From the sequence record SRR31156797_117: a DNA stretch of 47,632 nucleotides; one strand, 5' to 3'. Both the position numbers and the translations under genes were made by a program. The notes under the pieces were generated by a model. The model was given only the letters and a program-made list of their open reading frames with translations, was not told the DNA's origin and ran no database searches. This document shows positions 18,414 through 28,579 of this stretch, in pieces; the first letter of the stretch is position 1, and every line of letters starts with the position of its first letter.

Positions 18414-19295
18414 GTGAAATATTTTTTAATTTTTCTTCTAGTATTACTACAAACATTTTCTTTCGCACAAAAAAAAGAAAGAGAGGAAGTGAAAGCTGTT
18501 GTCAACAAATTCATAGAAGCATTTAATAATCAGGATGTTGAAAAGATAAGTGAAGTTTTAGACAGAAGTGTTGGATTCCTTACTGTTTTTTATGATGGAT
18601 CAAAAAGTATTTTGACTGCCGAAAGCGTTGAGATGTTTTATCAGAACATCGAAGATGCTGAAAAAAATTCTTATCGAGAAGATTTGTTAAATTATAAAAT
18701 TAGCGTATCTAAAGTATTAGCGTCTGTTTGGTGCGATTATAATTTTTACCAAAATGGTCAATTTAATCATTGTGGTGAAAATGCATTTCAACTTTATAAA
18801 TCATTAAAAGGCTGGAAAATAATACAAATTACTGATACAAGATATGCTAAGAAAGAATGTAGGCTGAAAGCGCCAGAGAATAAATTCGATAGAAAAGCAA
18901 CCTTAATTAAGTTTTTAGATAAATGGCACCGGGATGCATCTGAGGTAAATTACGATGCATATTTTAATGCTATTGCAGAAGATGGTATTTACATAGGAAC
19001 AGATCCTGATGAATTTTGGACGAAACAAGAATTTGCTGATTGGGCAAAGTCTTTTTTCGATAATGGGAAAGCCTGGAGTTTTGAAACAATAGAAAGAAAC
19101 ATATACTTCGCCGAAGATGAGGACCTTGCATGGTTTAGCGAAAAGCTAAATACTTCAATGGGGGTTTGTCATGCCACAGGGGTTGCAGAGCATACTTTAG
19201 CTGGTTGGAAAATTAAGTATTACCAGCTTTCAGTTACACTGCCAAATGAACTTTTAGAAGACTTTTTACTTTTAAAAAAGAATGCCGCTGAATAG
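18414..19295 (+). CDS. Exported protein with two NTF2/SnoaL-like domains
   Basis: Signal peptide; domain 1 ASVWCDYNFY...HCGENAFQL...WKIIQITD; domain 2 LDKWHRDAS...YIGTDPDEFW...WKIKYYQLS; GTG start. Confidence 0.8.
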   Translation: MKYFLIFLLVLLQTFSFAQKKEREEVKAVVNKFIEAFNNQDVEKISEVLDRSVGFLTVFYDGSKSILTAESVEMFYQNIEDAEKNSYREDLLNYKISVSKVLASVWCDYNFYQNGQFNHCGENAFQLYKSLKGWKIIQITDTRYAKKECRLKAPENKFDRKATLIKFLDKWHRDASEVNYDAYFNAIAEDGIYIGTDPDEFWTKQEFADWAKSFFDNGKAWSFETIERNIYFAEDEDLAWFSEKLNTSMGVCHATGVAEHTLAGWKIKYYQLSVTLPNELLEDFLLLKKNAAE

Positions 19296-19393
19296 GAATT
19301 AAAAATCACGGTAGCTACAAATCTAATTTTTTTGAAAAATCTTACCGTTCTATTAAAAAGAATGTGTTTTTTTGTTGTGAAATTGCAAGGAGA

Positions 19394-21172
19394 ATGAAGA
19401 AATTATTCAATATTGTATTATTACTTTTTGTATTAGCTACACTAAATCAGTGTGCAAAAGAAGCCGCACCACAAGGTGGCCCAAAAGACTTTGATCCTCC
19501 GGTTGTTTTAGCTGAAGCACCTCAAAATTATTCAACCAATTTTACTTATAAAAAGGTCAAAATTTATTTCGATGAATTTGTTAAGCTGAAAGACCTACAG
19601 CAGGAGTTGTTAATATCTCCTCCCTTTGAAAAGAAACCAAGATTTATTGTTAAAGGAAAAAAGCTGGTTATAACATTCTTAGACTCATTACCGATTGATA
19701 AAACAGTGAACATTAATTTCTATAATGCGATTGCAGATGTGAATGAAACCAACATACTTCAAAATTATCAATATGTATTTGCAACAGGATCACAAATAGA
19801 TACAAGTTTTATTGATGGCCGCTTACTTGATGCAAAAACCGGACTACCAATTGAAAAAGAGCTTGTTTTTGTATATGAAAACTTTGAAGACTCAATTGTT
19901 TCTAAGAAAATACCAAGCTATATCGCCAGAACCAATAAAGACGGAATATTTGTAGTAAATAATCTTGGCGCAGGACCGTATAAAATTTTTGCATTATTGG
20001 ATAAAAACAGAAATAATAAGTTTGACCAACCTTCTGAAAAAATTGCATTTGCTACCGACTCTATTTATCCTGCAATTGAATGGACCACAATGATGGATAC
20101 CATCAAACTAGTTGATTCAATAGATGTTCCTAATAATGACACACTTTACAGGGATTCATTGATTATAAAACGAGTACAGGTAAGTAAATTAAAGCCTTTT
20201 CAGTTAAGGGTATTTACTGAAGACTATAAAAAGCATTATTTAACAAGTTCAACACGAGAAGGAAAGGCATTAATATCTTTGGGATTTAACCGCGATATTG
20301 ATACGATAGGCTTTAATGTTGAGTTGATTAGTCCGGAGTCAAAAAATGAGCAGTGGTATGAAAAACAGCGGATTCAAAACGATTCTGTTGTTTTGTGGAT
20401 AACAGATTCTACCATATATAAATCAGATTCAATTTATTGCAGGGTAACATATCCTTTTACTGATACACTAAATAATATCATTCAAAAGACAGACTCTATT
20501 TATTTTTTGTATGATTTTGAGAAATTGAAAAAAACAGATACGACATTATCTCTAAACAACAATCTGAGAAAAAACAAACTCGACATTGACACGATATTTG
20601 AAATCAGGTTTTCAGAGAAAATACAGTCTTTTGATATCAGCAAACTATACCTTAAAATGAATCCTGATACTGCATTTATTGATCATAAATTCGAAACAAA
20701 ACTTTCAGAGGATAAGCTTTCAATGCAAATATTATTTGAGCAGGATTTATTATCAAAGTATAGATTAATAGCTGACAGCCTGGCATTTGAGGGGATTTTT
20801 GGCAATAGAAATGATTCTCTTGTGATGAATTTTAATTATTATCAATTTGAGGATTATGGTAATTTAATTGTGAATATTGATACCGTGCCGGATAATAACA
20901 TTTTCAACCTTTACAATAAGAAGGGGAAAGTCATAAGATCTATAAAGCTCAAAGGAGGTTCTTCGCTGGAATTTAAGCAACTGCCACCAGATGATTATGA
21001 GCTGAAGTTACTTATTGATAAAAATGGAAATGGAAAATGGGATACGGGAGATTACTATAAAAACATACAACCGGAACTTATTATTGCTTACCCGGGAACT
21101 ATTCCAATCAAGTCTAACTGGGATACAGAGCAAAATTGGATTTTAAGCAAAGAGTTAAAGCTTTACGATTAA
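19394..21172 (+). CDS. Ig-like domain-containing lipoprotein
   Basis: MKKLF...NQCAKEAAPQGGPKDFDPP, IYFDEFV, DKNRNNKFD and DKNGNGKWDTGD motifs. ATG at 19394 preferred over track start 19364. Confidence 0.8.
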   Translation: MKKLFNIVLLLFVLATLNQCAKEAAPQGGPKDFDPPVVLAEAPQNYSTNFTYKKVKIYFDEFVKLKDLQQELLISPPFEKKPRFIVKGKKLVITFLDSLPIDKTVNINFYNAIADVNETNILQNYQYVFATGSQIDTSFIDGRLLDAKTGLPIEKELVFVYENFEDSIVSKKIPSYIARTNKDGIFVVNNLGAGPYKIFALLDKNRNNKFDQPSEKIAFATDSIYPAIEWTTMMDTIKLVDSIDVPNNDTLYRDSLIIKRVQVSKLKPFQLRVFTEDYKKHYLTSSTREGKALISLGFNRDIDTIGFNVELISPESKNEQWYEKQRIQNDSVVLWITDSTIYKSDSIYCRVTYPFTDTLNNIIQKTDSIYFLYDFEKLKKTDTTLSLNNNLRKNKLDIDTIFEIRFSEKIQSFDISKLYLKMNPDTAFIDHKFETKLSEDKLSMQILFEQDLLSKYRLIADSLAFEGIFGNRNDSLVMNFNYYQFEDYGNLIVNIDTVPDNNIFNLYNKKGKVIRSIKLKGGSSLEFKQLPPDDYELKLLIDKNGNGKWDTGDYYKNIQPELIIAYPGTIPIKSNWDTEQNWILSKELKLYD

Positions 21173-21185
21173 AAATCAGACATAT

Positions 21186-22175
21186 ATGACGTCTGAATCA
21201 CCAAAAAGAATTTTAATTACCCCTTTAGATTGGGGCTTGGGACATGCTACCCGCATGTTAAGTATTGTAAGGTGGTTATCAGAAGAGTATACAGTATATA
21301 TTGCTGTTCCTGAAGCACTACATTTTTTATTTGAAAATGAAAACGTAAAAATGTTTTCAATTCCGGGATTTAATATTCGGTATGGCCGTTTTCCAATTAT
21401 GCTTTCCTTATTTTTTCAATTACCTAAAGTATTTATAAGGTCCTTGTTTACTCATATCTTAATTAAAAGAATTGTTAAAAGACTCAAACCGGATTTAATC
21501 ATTTCAGACAATCATCCATTTGTAAGACATAAGAAAGTACCGTCGGTTTATATTACCCATCAAATAACTATTCAACATAAAAACAGTTGGTTAAAGAGGT
21601 TATTGAATTATTTTCATCATCGTTATATTCATCGTTTTGATGAATGCTGGGTGCCGGATACAGAAAACCATGATTTTGCAGGAGATTTATCAAAAGGAAA
21701 CTTGAAAATTCCTGTTCGATATCTTGGTGCTTTATCACGTTTTCAAACAACTTTAGAAACGCAATCAGAAAAATTTACAAAAGTATGCATTTTGAGTGGT
21801 CCTGAGCCGGAGAGAACCCGTTGGGCAAAACGAATGATTGCAAAATGGAAAAACGACGAAGGAGCATTAATTATTGGTGTTCTAAAGGGCACAGACCGAT
21901 TTGAAAAGCGCGGTGGGCTCACCGTTTCATCTCATTTAAATGATAGTTTGTTTATGTTTGTATTAAAAAAAGCTGACGAGATTTATTCGCGCAGTGGTTA
22001 TTCAACAATAATGGATTTAGCATTTTTAAATAAAAATGGGATTTTAGTTCCAACGAAAGGACAAACAGAACAAGAATATCTGGCTATTTTTCATAAAAGC
22101 AAACAAAATAAAGCAGTAAAATTTATGTCTAGGGATGACATAAGCTGTCTTGTTGAAAGAGTTTTAGCTGGTTAG
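21186..22175 (+). CDS. Glycosyltransferase (GT-B, family 28 C-terminal-like)
   Basis: PLDWGLGHATR, DLIISDN, SGPEPER, SRSGYSTIMDL, VPTKGQTEQEYLA. Confidence 0.88.
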   Translation: MTSESPKRILITPLDWGLGHATRMLSIVRWLSEEYTVYIAVPEALHFLFENENVKMFSIPGFNIRYGRFPIMLSLFFQLPKVFIRSLFTHILIKRIVKRLKPDLIISDNHPFVRHKKVPSVYITHQITIQHKNSWLKRLLNYFHHRYIHRFDECWVPDTENHDFAGDLSKGNLKIPVRYLGALSRFQTTLETQSEKFTKVCILSGPEPERTRWAKRMIAKWKNDEGALIIGVLKGTDRFEKRGGLTVSSHLNDSLFMFVLKKADEIYSRSGYSTIMDLAFLNKNGILVPTKGQTEQEYLAIFHKSKQNKAVKFMSRDDISCLVERVLAG

Positions 22176-23000
22176 TTTTATACCATTTTCCTCAATTATT
22201 ATTTGCTTATTCTTATAAAGTTTTCCTACGGCTTTTTTAAACACTTTTTTACTGACATTAAAAACATCTTTTATGATCTCCGGGTCACTTTTATCGGTGA
22301 AATTTATTGAGCCGCCGTTATTGCGGAGGTAATCTAAAAGTGTGTCTGAAAAATCGAGTACGGCTTCGTATCCTTGTTTTTGAAGAACCAGGTCAAGTTT
22401 ATTGTCTTCACGCACTTTTTTAACATACGCTTCAACTTTTGATCCGCGCGTTAACTTTTGAAAAACTTCATCGTGGTAAAACATACCCCAGACGTGTTCG
22501 TTTACAAGGGCACGATAACCAAGGGTGTTTTTGAAAGCAATATGAGCGGATACTTTATCACCTTGCTTATATTCTATTTCTTCATTTTTAAGAAATTTGT
22601 CGGTTTTTGTGGAGGCAACGACGCGATCTGTTTCTTCGTCGAGATAAACGTAAACAAATAGCTTGTCACCAACCTCAGGGCTTTGGCGTTGTTCCCGGTA
22701 AGGGACCATTAGGTCTTTCATTAGACCCCAGTTAAGAAAAGTGCCGAAACGATTAATGGCAACCACCTCAAGCAAAGCAAATTCTCCAACAGTAGCCAAT
22801 GGTTTTTCTGTTGTGGCAATTATCCGATCTTCAGAATCTTTGTAAATAAAAACCTCAATTTCTTGTTCTGGCTCAACTCCTTTTGGCACATAGCGTGTAG
22901 GCAACAAAATTTCCCCAAATTCTTCTCCACCATCCAGGTATAACCCAAATTCAACTTCTTTTACTATTCTCAGTGTATTGTATTTACCTATCTCTACCAT
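22164..23000 (-). CDS. cvfB: CvfB family S1 RNA-binding protein
   Basis: MVEIGKYNTL, FGLYLDGG, VFIYKDSEDR, WGLMKDL, DKSDPE...SKKVFKKAVGKLYK. Start moved from 23111 to ATG 23000, supported by TACCTTTG on the minus strand at 23025-23032. Confidence 0.85.
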   Translation of the reverse strand: MVEIGKYNTLRIVKEVEFGLYLDGGEEFGEILLPTRYVPKGVEPEQEIEVFIYKDSEDRIIATTEKPLATVGEFALLEVVAINRFGTFLNWGLMKDLMVPYREQRQSPEVGDKLFVYVYLDEETDRVVASTKTDKFLKNEEIEYKQGDKVSAHIAFKNTLGYRALVNEHVWGMFYHDEVFQKLTRGSKVEAYVKKVREDNKLDLVLQKQGYEAVLDFSDTLLDYLRNNGGSINFTDKSDPEIIKDVFNVSKKVFKKAVGKLYKNKQIIIEENGIKLTS

Positions 23001-23136
23001 TGTTGTTGATTTTAATTTTCCTGACAAAGGTAATTTAATTTTAGAAATATGATTTTTCCTTGTTTTAATGCACGGTCTACGGCCGCACAAATTGTTCATA
23101 TTCGAATTCATATTTAAAATTAATTACCTTTAAGCA

Positions 23137-23694
23137 ATGGAAGTTCAAACGGAAAATATAATTACTTATAAACTAGGAAAGCCACCTATGAATATTGTGA
23201 TGGTGGCAGTAATGTTGATATTTATTGGTGGAATTTTAGGTGCTCAATGGTGGTTTGTAGGTCTTCCGCTTGTAATATTTGGTGTAGTTATTTTAACAGC
23301 CAGAGATCGAATAGAAGTTGATTTTCAGAATAAACGCATAAGGAAATATGCCCTTATGGCCGGATTTAAACTTGGGAATTGGGAAGATGCCAGTAAAGCA
23401 AAATACATTTCAATTGTAAGAGTAAAAATGCACCGGAATGAAAATTTTATAAGTATATCTACTCATCGCACACAATCAATGCTTAAGGCCAATCTTGTTT
23501 TTAACAAGCGTAAATACATACCACTTTTTAAAGAGCCAACTAGGAATATTATTCCTAAAATAAAGGTAATTGCTACAGGATTTGAATTAGAGATTTTAGA
23601 CTATACCACTGGAAAAAAACGTTGGATTCATCCCAATGTATTACATGGGGACTTTGGAGGAGATGAAATAATTCAGATAGAGGGTGGAGATTAA
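23137..23694 (+). CDS. Hypothetical membrane protein (two N-terminal TM segments)
   Basis: 185-aa ORF filling the gap; hydrophobic residues ~19-55; no recognised motif. Confidence 0.7.
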   Translation: MEVQTENIITYKLGKPPMNIVMVAVMLIFIGGILGAQWWFVGLPLVIFGVVILTARDRIEVDFQNKRIRKYALMAGFKLGNWEDASKAKYISIVRVKMHRNENFISISTHRTQSMLKANLVFNKRKYIPLFKEPTRNIIPKIKVIATGFELEILDYTTGKKRWIHPNVLHGDFGGDEIIQIEGGD

Positions 23695-23698
23695 AAAA

Positions 23699-24706
23699 TT
23701 ATGAGGCAAATAATAATTCTTTAAGTTTTTTAAGTTCATCATTGGTACCCATGGCAAAAAGTCTGTCAGAGCATTGTAAAATAATATCAGGTGGTGGATT
23801 GAAAATAATTGTACCATCTTCTTTACGCATTCCTATGATATTTGCACCGGTAACAGCCCCGATATTCAATTCTTTAATGGTTTTATCCAAAAAACAGGTG
23901 CTCAGGTCTTCACAAAAGATTTGCTCCAGATGAACATCGGCTTTTTCATTTAGAAGAAAATCAATAAACTGTAATGTACTGGGGTGGGTAACTAACTTGG
24001 CCATGCGACTGCCACCCATACGGTCAGACATTATTACATTGTTGGCCCCTGCACGTCGCAGTTTTATGTCTGAGTTTTCTCTTACAGCCCGGCTAATGAT
24101 ATGAATATTTGGATTGAGTTTTTTAGCTGTTATGATAATCATAAGGTTTGCGGCATCGTTAGGAAGAGTTGTAATTATGGCTTTGGCGTGATTGATACCT
24201 GCTAAAAGCAATGCTTCATCGGTGGTTCCCGATTCCATTATGTAGGCACCTAATTTTTTTGAACGAATAGTATTTATGCGTTCCTGATCTTTTTCTATAA
24301 TTACAAAGGGAGTTTGATGTTTTTCTAATTCATCCATTGCACGGTGGCCTGTTCTGCCCCAACCAACTATTATTACATGGTTTTGCATACGACTTACAAT
24401 TTTGCGCATTTTGTAATCGTAATAGTAGTTACGGAAATTACCATCAAAAATAAAACGGGTTAGGGTTGTTAAGGCATAAGCAAACAAACCGAAGCTTAAT
24501 ATGATAAGAACAGAGGTGAATATTTGACCGGCAGGATCCATTTCATGAACTTCTTTGAAGCCCACTGTTGACACCGTAATTACAGTCATATAGAAAGCCT
24601 CAACCAAAGAAAAATCTTCAATAATTATATACCCCGAAACGCCAATAATCATTATTGCTACAAGTAGGGATAAGGCAATTCTTATGTTTTGTTGACCTGA
24701 TTGCAT
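23699..24706 (-). CDS. Potassium channel protein (two TM plus TrkA-N/TrkA-C RCK domains)
   Basis: TVSTVGF pore motif, IIVGWGRTG Rossmann motif, LRRAGANNVI, IFNPP. Confidence 0.92.
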   Translation of the reverse strand: MQSGQQNIRIALSLLVAIMIIGVSGYIIIEDFSLVEAFYMTVITVSTVGFKEVHEMDPAGQIFTSVLIILSFGLFAYALTTLTRFIFDGNFRNYYYDYKMRKIVSRMQNHVIIVGWGRTGHRAMDELEKHQTPFVIIEKDQERINTIRSKKLGAYIMESGTTDEALLLAGINHAKAIITTLPNDAANLMIIITAKKLNPNIHIISRAVRENSDIKLRRAGANNVIMSDRMGGSRMAKLVTHPSTLQFIDFLLNEKADVHLEQIFCEDLSTCFLDKTIKELNIGAVTGANIIGMRKEDGTIIFNPPPDIILQCSDRLFAMGTNDELKKLKELLFAS

Positions 24707-24707
24707 A

Positions 24708-25973
24708 TTACATTTCTCTGATAATGTATCCTCCGAGCCTACAATTTAAGCATTTTTGTTGAATACAATATTCATTATATAATTCAATTGCAGCCTGAGA
24801 ACCATAAGCAGAATCTATCTGAGCGCCAAGCTTTTGCCAGTTTTCAATTATTTGATTTTTCTCTGCGGGCAAATTTTCCATCCATTTAAATACCTTTTTT
24901 TGCAATTCGGCGTCATCATAATATCGACTAACTTCAAATAAAAATGGAAATACACTATTGATGATTATATTATCAATGGATGATTGTCCTAATTTTTTGA
25001 TGCGCTTTTTACCGGCTTTGTTGAAAACATAACGGGTTTGCCAATATTCTGATGCCTGTGCCTGAAATTTTTCATTGAGTTGGTAGAGTGTATCGGATGT
25101 TTTTAAAATCTGAGTAAACGTTGTGGTTCTTGACAATATGTTGGCCAACTGAGCAATACGAATCGTTGGAAAGTTTACCGGACGCATTCGAGCAAATTTC
25201 CACATGACTGCGTCTAGGGGTTCAATTTTATATTTATTGCTTAAATGATCGAATTCTTTTGCAAGCCTTTTTTGGTATTCATCAACAGGATTATTTAATA
25301 ATCCGGCAGCACCAAAAAGTAGTGTTTCTATTTTTATAACACTATTGCCCAGGGTGCGAATTATTTTAAGAGAAATTTTCCGGGACAATTGCTCAAACGG
25401 TTGTTTGTTTGTTTTAAAACCCATATTGAGGCATAGCATTTTGAAAAAAACTTCATCCAAATCATTATTTGTTTGAGCCATATAAGTCTTTACAATTTCA
25501 CTTTTTCTTTGCAGCCTCTGAATTAACAGTGTTTCATTCCACATATTTCTCAGCATTGGATCAACCAAATGAAAATGATCCTGACAGGGAATCCACTTTT
25601 TAGAATTAATAAGTGTTTGGTAATTTGATGTAAGTCGTTTGTCGTAGTTAAGTTGTAAGGTAGGAACATCAATGCTGTTTTGCGTTTGAACAGGAGAGTC
25701 ATTTTCTCCAACTACATGTAAAATGACATTGTTATATGCAGGATCTGTTTCATGACCGTGTTTAAACCAGTCACTGCTTTTCACATGTATTTCAATGCTG
25801 CCGGCCCACTCTGTACCATTAATTTTAATGCGACCATTGAAAAAATCAGGCCCGGCATTATGGTTATGTTCACCCACGGAAATAATTTCGATGGGCTCCC
25901 CATTGGCTGTTTTGAGGTTAGATTTATTGAATAGCTTATGCTTCCACACATAATGGAGTAACTGTTCATTCAT
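24708..25973 (-). CDS. DUF2851 family protein
   Basis: MNEQLLHYVW, AGPDFFN, IEIHVKSSDWFKHGH, RMRPVNFPTIRIAQLA, YCxxxxCLNC. Confidence 0.88.
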   Translation of the reverse strand: MNEQLLHYVWKHKLFNKSNLKTANGEPIEIISVGEHNHNAGPDFFNGRIKINGTEWAGSIEIHVKSSDWFKHGHETDPAYNNVILHVVGENDSPVQTQNSIDVPTLQLNYDKRLTSNYQTLINSKKWIPCQDHFHLVDPMLRNMWNETLLIQRLQRKSEIVKTYMAQTNNDLDEVFFKMLCLNMGFKTNKQPFEQLSRKISLKIIRTLGNSVIKIETLLFGAAGLLNNPVDEYQKRLAKEFDHLSNKYKIEPLDAVMWKFARMRPVNFPTIRIAQLANILSRTTTFTQILKTSDTLYQLNEKFQAQASEYWQTRYVFNKAGKKRIKKLGQSSIDNIIINSVFPFLFEVSRYYDDAELQKKVFKWMENLPAEKNQIIENWQKLGAQIDSAYGSQAAIELYNEYCIQQKCLNCRLGGYIIREM

Positions 25974-25992
25974 GACTAAGCTGTTTTGGTAG

Positions 25993-26018
25993 AAAAAGAG
26001 GAGGCCCCAAGCCTCCTC
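25993..26018 (-). terminator. Intrinsic terminator after pepE
   Basis: 8-bp stem GAGGAGGC (25998-26005) / GCCTCCTC (26011-26018) followed by a T-run on the minus strand. Confidence 0.75.
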
Positions 26019-26025
26019 AAGTGTT

Positions 26026-26736
26026 TTAATCTTCTAATAGAAATTCGAAATCATCACCGGATTTCAATTCGTAAAATTCTTTACCATATTGGAAAATACG
26101 ACAAGTTCTTTCTCCTTTGTGATAAAAGTTGCTATCTTCTAATACAAACATACAACCCTCTCTTAGTCCCACAACGGTCATATCCTGATTTACTTCTAAG
26201 AACTCTTCAATACGTTGTTGACGCGTTTCACCACCGTGTCCCTGCGCGTTTTTATCCAAATAGTGTGGATTGATTTGGAAAGGGATAAGATTTAGAGCAT
26301 CAAAACCCTTTGGATCAATAATTGGCATATCGTTGGTCGTTTTAATGGTCGGACAGGTTAAGTTTGATCCGGCGCTCCATCCAATGTAAGGAGCATCATC
26401 TTTAACTCTATCTCTAATTGGTTCAATTAGGCCATTTTTACGAACTTCATATAATAAATGCCAGGTACTGCCACCTCCCACAACAATAGCTTCAGCTTCT
26501 TCTACTGCTTTTATAGGGTCATTAAATTGGTGAATTGATACAATATCATGTCCAACTTCGTTGAAGCGAGATTTTACTTTTGCTTCATATTCATCATATG
26601 ACATTGTTACTCCTGCGTAGGGGATAAACAATGCAGTAACTTTTTCTTCTCCAAGGAATTCTGCAATATCATTTTTGCAGTAATCTAAATATGGCTCACC
26701 GGCCATGGTTGAGTTGCTAATAAGTAGTAATCTCAT
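26026..26736 (-). CDS. pepE: Dipeptidase E (peptidase S51)
   Basis: LLLISNST, FIPYAGV, YIGWSAGSN, IKTTNDMPI, QINPHY, HGGETR, GLREG. Confidence 0.96.
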   Translation of the reverse strand: MRLLLISNSTMAGEPYLDYCKNDIAEFLGEEKVTALFIPYAGVTMSYDEYEAKVKSRFNEVGHDIVSIHQFNDPIKAVEEAEAIVVGGGSTWHLLYEVRKNGLIEPIRDRVKDDAPYIGWSAGSNLTCPTIKTTNDMPIIDPKGFDALNLIPFQINPHYLDKNAQGHGGETRQQRIEEFLEVNQDMTVVGLREGCMFVLEDSNFYHKGERTCRIFQYGKEFYELKSGDDFEFLLED

Positions 26737-26800
26737 AATTTATAATTTATATTGTTTTGCGTTTTATAACTAGACGAATATAGAATGATTTATAAAAATG

Positions 26801-27601
26801 TTATTCTATAACTTTTACGTTCAAATATATTTCTTTTTTTGGCCAACCCTGTCCATCTGTTTCAACTTTTGAAATTTCTCTTGCTACATCCATCCCGGAA
26901 ACAACCTGACCAAATACGGTGTGTTGGTTGTCTAAATGCGCAGCACCACCAACAGTTTTGTAGTAATTTCTTTGTTCTTCGGTAAATTTAAAGCCATTGT
27001 TTTTTTCAATATCGTTTAAATCAATATCGTTATATTTTGAACCCACTACAATGTAAAAATCAAATGATGAGGATTTTTTATCGGGATTGTCTTTATAATC
27101 TCGAGCCATGCACAATGCGCCAACTTTATGATAAAGTGTATTTGGATACATTTCAGGAGGTAACTCATACCGACCAATTTTTCGTTTAATAGATTTGCGC
27201 TCGTATGCATCCGAATCTCCTCCCTGTACAATGAAGTTTTCTTCAACCCTGTAAAATACGGTGTTTTCATAAAAGTTTCTTCTGGCCAGCATTAAAAAAT
27301 TAGCTTTGTGCAGTGGGGTTGCATCAAATAAACGGACTTTTATATCTCCTTTTGATGTTTTTATTAAAGCATAGTCGGCATCGTTTTCTTCTTTATATTC
27401 CAATAAAATAGATTCCAGGTTTTTATTAGTAATACGAGGAATCTTTTTCTTTTTGGCTCTAGCTTTTTTTGTTTTGTTTTTCTTTTTTTGTGTGGTTTTT
27501 TCAGTTCCCGTTTTTTCAGCATTCTTCGGCACATTGTTTTCGCTGCAGTTAACGGAAAAAACAAAAATGAGGATTAAAAATATTATAGTACTTAAGCGCA
27601 T
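26801..27601 (-). CDS. Cyclophilin-type peptidyl-prolyl cis-trans isomerase (probable lipoprotein)
   Basis: TPLHKANF, FYRVEENFIVQGGD, GALCMAR, HLDNQHTVFGQVVSG. Confidence 0.92.
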   Translation of the reverse strand: MRLSTIIFLILIFVFSVNCSENNVPKNAEKTGTEKTTQKKKNKTKKARAKKKKIPRITNKNLESILLEYKEENDADYALIKTSKGDIKVRLFDATPLHKANFLMLARRNFYENTVFYRVEENFIVQGGDSDAYERKSIKRKIGRYELPPEMYPNTLYHKVGALCMARDYKDNPDKKSSSFDFYIVVGSKYNDIDLNDIEKNNGFKFTEEQRNYYKTVGGAAHLDNQHTVFGQVVSGMDVAREISKVETDGQGWPKKEIYLNVKVIE

Positions 27602-27613
27602 AAGCTGTGCTTT

Positions 27614-28570
27614 TTATTTTGCATAAATATCTTTTCGGTATTTGTCTCCCTCGTCACCTTCCATAATGGTGAGGTAGTTCTCATATCGTGTAAATGGTAT
27701 TTCGTTGCTCTCAACAGCTTCTTTTACAGCACATCCGGGCTCGTGAGTGTGCGTGCAATTATGAAAGCGACAGTTTTTGCTTACCTCAAAAATCTCCGGA
27801 AAAAAGTGTGAAAGCTCTTCATTTTTATCAACCTCAACTAAGCCAAAAGAACGAATACCTGGCGTGTCAATTATGTTGGCTCCAAAATTTAAATAGTGCA
27901 TTTCTGCAAATGTAGTAGTGTGTTTACCTTGCATATGAGTTTCAGAAATATCACCGACTTTTAATTGTAAACCGGGTTGCAATTTATTAATTAAAGTACT
28001 TTTTCCAACACCGGATTGACCAACAAAAACACTGATTTTTTCTTTCATTCTTTTTTTCAACTCATCTAAATTGATTTCTTTTTCAGCGGATATTAACAAT
28101 ACCGGGTAGCCAATACTCTCATACATGTATTTGTATACTTCTGCCAATTCTTTTCGGTCATCATTAAGCAAATCTATTTTGTTGATTAAAATTGTTGCTG
28201 GTATGCGATAGGCCTCGGCGCTAACTAATACCCTGTCAATGAACATTAACGGAGTTTCGGGTTCTGCAAGTGAAGCAATTAAAAAAACGGTGTCAATATT
28301 GGATGCAATGATGTGAGCCTCTTTAGAGAGCTTCGTTGATTTTCGGATGATATAATTTTTCCGGGTCTCTAATTCATAGATTACTCCGGTTTCTTCATTG
28401 GCATTTTTTTCAAGAGTAACACGATCACCAACAGCAATAGGATTTGTATTGCGTATTCCTTTAATTCTGAACTTGCCACGAACTTTACAATCTACTCTTT
28501 TGCCATTGTCTGTTACAACGGTATGCCAACTTCCTGTGGTTTTTATAACAGTTCCTTGCAGTTTATCCAT
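27614..28570 (-). CDS. rsgA: Ribosome small subunit-dependent GTPase A
   Basis: Circularly permuted GTPase: NKID, GQSGVGKS, GKHTTT, DTPG; Zn finger CRFHNCTHTHEPGC. Confidence 0.98.
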   Translation of the reverse strand: MDKLQGTVIKTTGSWHTVVTDNGKRVDCKVRGKFRIKGIRNTNPIAVGDRVTLEKNANEETGVIYELETRKNYIIRKSTKLSKEAHIIASNIDTVFLIASLAEPETPLMFIDRVLVSAEAYRIPATILINKIDLLNDDRKELAEVYKYMYESIGYPVLLISAEKEINLDELKKRMKEKISVFVGQSGVGKSTLINKLQPGLQLKVGDISETHMQGKHTTTFAEMHYLNFGANIIDTPGIRSFGLVEVDKNEELSHFFPEIFEVSKNCRFHNCTHTHEPGCAVKEAVESNEIPFTRYENYLTIMEGDEGDKYRKDIYAK

Positions 28571-28579
28571 GTGGCAAAA

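Noticed and set aside
23001-23111. N-terminal extension of CvfB in the ORF track
   Set aside because: A -7 promoter element lies within it and the family-like sequence begins at MVEIG (23000).
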